DNA of 50,945 nt from Thermoplasmata archaeon (lineage in GTDB: Archaea; Thermoplasmatota; SW-10-69-26; JACQPN01; JAJPHT01), in NCBI GenBank assembly GCA_034667685.1, contig JAXDQU010000017.1:1-50945 (forward strand), in the 5' to 3' direction. The first letter of the stretch is position 1. Every line of letters begins with the position of its first letter. Under the pieces are notes generated by a model. It was not told where the DNA came from, searched no databases, and saw only the letters and a program-made list of their open reading frames with translations. This document shows positions 46,922 through 50,945 of this stretch, in pieces. The position numbers were made by a program, and so were the translations under genes.

Positions 46922-47803
46922 ATGCCGGGAGTGGCGCCGTTGGCCGGGTCCACGCGCATCCTTCTCGTCGAGGGGGACGACGCCGCGGCGCACGAACTGG
47001 GCGACGCGCTCTCGCACCGGACCTGGCAGATCACGCGCGCCGCGAGCGTCATGGAGGCGATCCGCGCCGCGGGCGAGACCTCCTTCGACGCCGCGATCCT
47101 GGAGGCCGACCTCCCCGACGGCAGCGGCGTCGACCTGCTGAACTTCCTGCGCATCACGAGCCCCAACATCCGCATCGTGGTCCTCTCCAACGCCGGCAGC
47201 GAGGAGCTGGCGTTCCGCGCGCTCTCCACGGGCGCCGGCGACTTCCTCGTCAAGAACCACCACATCGCGGAGGAGCTTCCGCGCCGGATCGACGCGCTGC
47301 TCGAATCGCCGGACGCGACCGGCGCGCTCGTCGAGACGCTCCTGCCCACCGAGGCGAGCATCGTGAAGGTGCACGACGACGTGGACGACGACGAGGAGCC
47401 CGCCTCGCCTCCCGCCAGCGCCGAGAGCGCGCGCCGCGAGCTCGACCCCGTCCTGGAGGACGCGCTGGGCAAGAGCGGCTTCGCGGCGGCGGTGTACGAC
47501 TCGCGCGGGCGCGTGCTCGCGGAGCGCCTCGTGCCGCCCCTCGACGCGCACAACCTCGGCTTCGGCCTCGCCAGCATCCACAACCAGGTCGCGAGCCTCT
47601 GGGCCACCAGCGGCGTGAAGCCCATCAGCTACGCCGCGCTGGTCCGCATCGAGGGGGGCCTCCTGGGCGTGACCGCGGTGCCGGGCCAGGTCCTCGTCGC
47701 GCTCCTGATGCCCGAGGACACCGGCGCCACGAAGGCCCTGGAGCGGCTGACGGGCTTCGCGCGCGCCGTGAGCGAAGCGCTCGACGAATCCTTCAAGCAG
47801 TGA
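46922..47803 (+). CDS. Atypical receiver domain + Roadblock/LC7-like domain
   Basis: ILLVEGDD, FDAAILEADLPDG (Glu at the phospho-acceptor site), FLVK; C-terminal AAAVYDSRGRVLA. Confidence 0.8.
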   Translation: MPGVAPLAGSTRILLVEGDDAAAHELGDALSHRTWQITRAASVMEAIRAAGETSFDAAILEADLPDGSGVDLLNFLRITSPNIRIVVLSNAGSEELAFRALSTGAGDFLVKNHHIAEELPRRIDALLESPDATGALVETLLPTEASIVKVHDDVDDDEEPASPPASAESARRELDPVLEDALGKSGFAAAVYDSRGRVLAERLVPPLDAHNLGFGLASIHNQVASLWATSGVKPISYAALVRIEGGLLGVTAVPGQVLVALLMPEDTGATKALERLTGFARAVSEALDESFKQ

Positions 47804-47821
47804 CCGTGACCCTCCGGGCGC

Positions 47822-48643
47822 ATGGAGGCCAAGAGCATCCGCGTCTTCGTCGCGGAGGATTCGGAGGACCTGGCCGCGCTGGTCGGGCGCAAGCTGGAAG
47901 GCAAGATGGGGTGGCACGTCGTGCGCGCCGCGAGCCTCGACGAGGCCCAGCGCCGCCTGCAGGGCGACCGCTTCGACCTCGCCATCATCGACTACCTGCT
48001 CCCCGACGGCACCGGGCTCGACCTGCTCCCGCTCCTGCGCGCCACCTCGCCGGACACGCCGGTGCTCTTCCTCACGGGCCACGGCTCGGAGGACGTCGCG
48101 ATGAAGGCCATGGGCCTGGGCGCCACCGATTACATGCAGAAGGACGGCCACCTGCTCGAGAACCTCCCCGCGCGCCTCGACGCGCTCCTGGCCCGGGCGC
48201 CCGACCTCGCCACCGCCGCGCGCGTCGTGCCCGTGCAGGAGATGCACGAGCCGCCCGCGCGCCACCGCGCCGAGGCCGCGCCGCTGCCCGACGACGAGCA
48301 CCTCGCGCAGGTCCTCGCGCAGCTCGTGGGGCGCGACGTCGAGGGCGCGGCCATCTTCGATGGCGCCGGCAAGCCGCTCGCGGCGCTGCTCCCCGAAGGC
48401 GTCGACGCCACACGCCTCGGAGCCGCCGTCTTCACGCTGCACGCCGAGGTGGGCGTCTTCGGCCGCCTCGCGGGCGTCACGCCGCGCGCCTTCAGCTTCG
48501 TCCTGGAGCACGAGAAGGGGCTCGTCGCCGCCGGCACGCTCGCGGGCCGCGCGCTGCTCGCGGTGCTGGTCGCTCCCCAGAGCGGCGAGGGGTTTGCGCG
48601 CGAGCGCCTCGGGGATCTCGCGAAGCGGCTGAAGGCGAAGTGA
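47822..48643 (+). CDS. Response regulator receiver + Roadblock/LC7-like domain
   Basis: VAEDS, IIDYLLPDG, FLTG, YMQK; C-terminal VEGAAIFDGAGKPLAA. Confidence 0.85.
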   Translation: MEAKSIRVFVAEDSEDLAALVGRKLEGKMGWHVVRAASLDEAQRRLQGDRFDLAIIDYLLPDGTGLDLLPLLRATSPDTPVLFLTGHGSEDVAMKAMGLGATDYMQKDGHLLENLPARLDALLARAPDLATAARVVPVQEMHEPPARHRAEAAPLPDDEHLAQVLAQLVGRDVEGAAIFDGAGKPLAALLPEGVDATRLGAAVFTLHAEVGVFGRLAGVTPRAFSFVLEHEKGLVAAGTLAGRALLAVLVAPQSGEGFARERLGDLAKRLKAK

Positions 48644-48650
48644 CATCGAA

Positions 48651-48806
48651 GGGCAGGGGCAAGTTCCCAGTCCGATGTCGTTTGCCGGCGCTCTCTTCCC
48701 AACACCGCGAATCCCGAAATCCGCGGATGCGTCGGATTCTCGGTGTCAGGAAAGGAGCGCCGCCAAGACAGCCATGGGAGGAGAACTTGCCCTTGCCCTT
48801 GCCCCC
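48651..48806. repeat. Nested palindromes: GGGCA(A/G)-unit outer arms enclosing a family D element (48687-48761)
   Basis: GGGCAGGGGCAAGTTC ... GAACTTGCCCTTGCCC. Confidence 0.8.
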
Positions 48807-48854
48807 CAGGGCGGAATGTTTTAGACGCGGGCCCCAGTAGCGCGTGCGATCAGC

Positions 48855-50630
48855 ATGTCCACGCGCCAACCCATCGTCAGCGTCCTGGGCCACGTGGACC
48901 ACGGCAAGACGAGCCTGCTCGACAAGATCCGCGGCTCGACGGTGGCCTCGCGCGAGGCGGGCGCGATCACGCAGCACATCGGCGCCTCCGAGATGCCGCT
49001 CGACGCGATCCGCGAGGTGTGCGGGCCGCTCATGAAGGGCCGCGACTTCAAGGTGCCCGGGCTGCTCTTCATCGACACGCCCGGACACCACGCCTTCAGC
49101 AGCCTGCGCGCGCGCGGCGGGGCGCTGGCCGACATCGCGATCCTCGTGGTTGATATCAACGAGGGCTTCAAGCCGCAGACCAAGGAGGCGCTGAGCATCC
49201 TGCGCAAGAACCGGACGCCCTTCGTCGTGGCGGCCAACAAGGTCGACCTCATCCACGGCTGGGAGAGCGAGCCGCTGCGCCCCTTCGTGCTCGCGGTCAA
49301 GGAGCAGACCGAGGGCGTCATCGGGAAGCTGGACACGAAGACCTACGAGGTCATCGGCTCGCTCACCGACAACGGCGTGCCCAGCGCGGACCGCATCGAC
49401 CGCATCACCGACTTCACCAAGTCCGTCGCCGTCGTGCCGCTCTCCGCCAAGACGGGCGAGGGCATCCCCGACCTGCTGATGACGCTGGTGGGCCTCGCGC
49501 AGCGCTTCCTGGAGAAGAAGCTGGAGACCGACACGGGCGTCACCGGGCGCGGCACCGTGCTGGAGGTCAAGCAGGAGACGGGCCTGGGCCTGACGCTGAA
49601 TGCGATCATCTACGACGGCAACATCCGCCAGGGCGACACGATCGTGCTGGGCACGACGGGCACGCCGAAGGTCACGAAGGTCAAGGGCCTGCTGCGCCCC
49701 AAGCCCAAGGACGAGATGCGCGACCACCGCGAGCCCTTCAGCAGCAGCAAGGAGATCACCGCGGCGGCGGGCGTCAAGATCGTCGCGCAGGACCTGGAGG
49801 GCGTGCTGGCGGGCTCTCCGCTCGTGGTCGTGCGCGACGCGCAGCAGCTCGCCATGGTGACCGAGGAGGTCGCCGAGCAGGCGCGCGTGAGCATCCCGCT
49901 GGAGGACGAGGGCGTCTTCGTCAAGGCCGACACGCTGGGCTCGCTCGAAGCGCTGGCCTCCGAGCTGAAGGACCGCAAGATCCCGATCAAGCGCGCGGAG
50001 GTCGGCAACATCAGCAAGCGCGACCTCGTCGAGGCCACCACGATCAAGAAGCCCACGCACCGGGCGATCCTCTCGTTCAACGTCAAGGTCCTCCCCGACG
50101 CGCAGGAGGCGCTCGGGACGAAGGAGTTCGAGGACATCAAGGTCCTCGCCTCCGATATCATCTACAGCCTGCTGGACGACTACGAGGCGTGGGTCAAGGA
50201 GAAGTCCAAGGACGTCGACAAGCAGCTCCGCGAGGAATTGACGTTCCCGGGCAAGCTGCTCCTGATGCCCGACCACGTCTTCCGCACGCACAAGCCCGCG
50301 ATCGTGGGCATGCGCGTGCTGGGCGGCCGCCTGCGCGTCGACCAGAAGTTCCTCCTCTCCGACGGGCGCGTCGTGGGCCAGGTCAAGAGCATCCGCCGCG
50401 GCGAGGAGAGCGTCCGCGAGGCCCTTCCGGGCGAGGAGGTCGCCGTGGCCATCGACGAGGTGACGATCGGCCGCCAGCTCGACCAGGGCGACATCGTCTA
50501 CGTCGACGTGCCCGAGGGCGAGGCGCGGCGCTTCTTCCGCACGCCGGGCATGCTCAACCTCGACGAGCTCGACGTGCTGCGCGAGGTGCAGAAGATCAAG
50601 CAGAAAGAGACGCGATTCTGGGCGATGTAG
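48855..50630 (+). CDS. infB: Translation initiation factor aIF5B (IF-2)
   Basis: [45 protein letters not shown]. Confidence 0.97.
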   Translation: MSTRQPIVSVLGHVDHGKTSLLDKIRGSTVASREAGAITQHIGASEMPLDAIREVCGPLMKGRDFKVPGLLFIDTPGHHAFSSLRARGGALADIAILVVDINEGFKPQTKEALSILRKNRTPFVVAANKVDLIHGWESEPLRPFVLAVKEQTEGVIGKLDTKTYEVIGSLTDNGVPSADRIDRITDFTKSVAVVPLSAKTGEGIPDLLMTLVGLAQRFLEKKLETDTGVTGRGTVLEVKQETGLGLTLNAIIYDGNIRQGDTIVLGTTGTPKVTKVKGLLRPKPKDEMRDHREPFSSSKEITAAAGVKIVAQDLEGVLAGSPLVVVRDAQQLAMVTEEVAEQARVSIPLEDEGVFVKADTLGSLEALASELKDRKIPIKRAEVGNISKRDLVEATTIKKPTHRAILSFNVKVLPDAQEALGTKEFEDIKVLASDIIYSLLDDYEAWVKEKSKDVDKQLREELTFPGKLLLMPDHVFRTHKPAIVGMRVLGGRLRVDQKFLLSDGRVVGQVKSIRRGEESVREALPGEEVAVAIDEVTIGRQLDQGDIVYVDVPEGEARRFFRTPGMLNLDELDVLREVQKIKQKETRFWAM

Positions 50631-50654
50631 GCGCGGCCGCGCCGGGGCGGCGCG

Positions 50655-50813
50655 CTAACGCTTGCCCTTCTTGGCCTTGGCGCCGCCGGCGTAGCCGGAG
50701 ACGGCATCCTTGAACCACGCGTTGCGCGTGGTGTATCCGTCCTTCGCGAGCTTCTTGTCGAGCGCGTCGAGGAGCTTGCCTTCGATGCGGAAGAGGACCT
50801 GCTTCTCCGTCAC
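50655..50813 (-). CDS. Ribbon-helix-helix protein
   Basis: KQVLFRI strand plus LLDALDKKL / TRNAWFKDAV helices; GTG start. Confidence 0.75.
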   Translation of the reverse strand: MTEKQVLFRIEGKLLDALDKKLAKDGYTTRNAWFKDAVSGYAGGAKAKKGKR

Positions 50814-50880
50814 GGGATATCCCTCAGCCGCGATATCACCAGGGGGGCGGGATAAGGCTATCGGATGTCCGATATCACCA
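50814..50880. promoter_or_regulatory. Putative RHH operator repeats
   Basis: GGGATATCCC (50814-50823); CGATATCACCA at 50831 and 50870. Confidence 0.55.
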
Positions 50881-50945
50881 CCATCGAGGGCTGGGGCTTT
50901 GGGGGGCGCGGGGGGCGCCACCCCCCGCCCCATCCCCAGCCCCCC

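Noticed and set aside
10536-48840. Many long Arg/Ala/Gly-rich ORFs in the track (e.g. 10536-12728, 11177-13651, 28137-30593, 46834-48840)
   Set aside because: Shadow frames of real genes, caused by high GC3 and scarce stop codons

Overview
High-GC archaeal genomic window; the gene set and protein styles suggest a Thermoplasmatota-like euryarchaeon, which is an inference. Core genes: the rpoE'-spt4-DUF359-rps24e-rps27ae operon, aspS, tRNA-Lys(CUU), aIF5B, a K+-independent H+-PPase, and MDH. The AMP/pentose-bisphosphate pathway is clustered: form III RuBisCO plus AMP phosphorylase, ribose-1,5-bisphosphate isomerase and RpiA. There is also a SufS-like desulfurase, a SWIM-HhH-SNF2 helicase with a LAGLIDADG intein, several secreted lipoproteins and regulators. 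An accessory island at ~2.4-10.5 kb carries RHH/wHTH regulators, a transposase remnant, and a lower-GC cassette (membrane protein, MORC-like GHKL ATPase, unannotated methyltransferase-like ORF, B12-type radical SAM). The island also has Zn-finger orphans and an array of GATC palindromes. The most unusual signal is non-coding and occurs at two essential genes, rps27ae and aspS. In each, the last 9-10 codons occur twice, ~100 bp apart, and differ only at synonymous sites. The in-gene copy forms one arm of a hairpin with the stop codon in its loop, followed by a second GCGCAGC hairpin and then the apparently displaced original gene end. Many intergenic spacers also hold 6-9-bp-periodic palindromic elements of several families, two of them nested.
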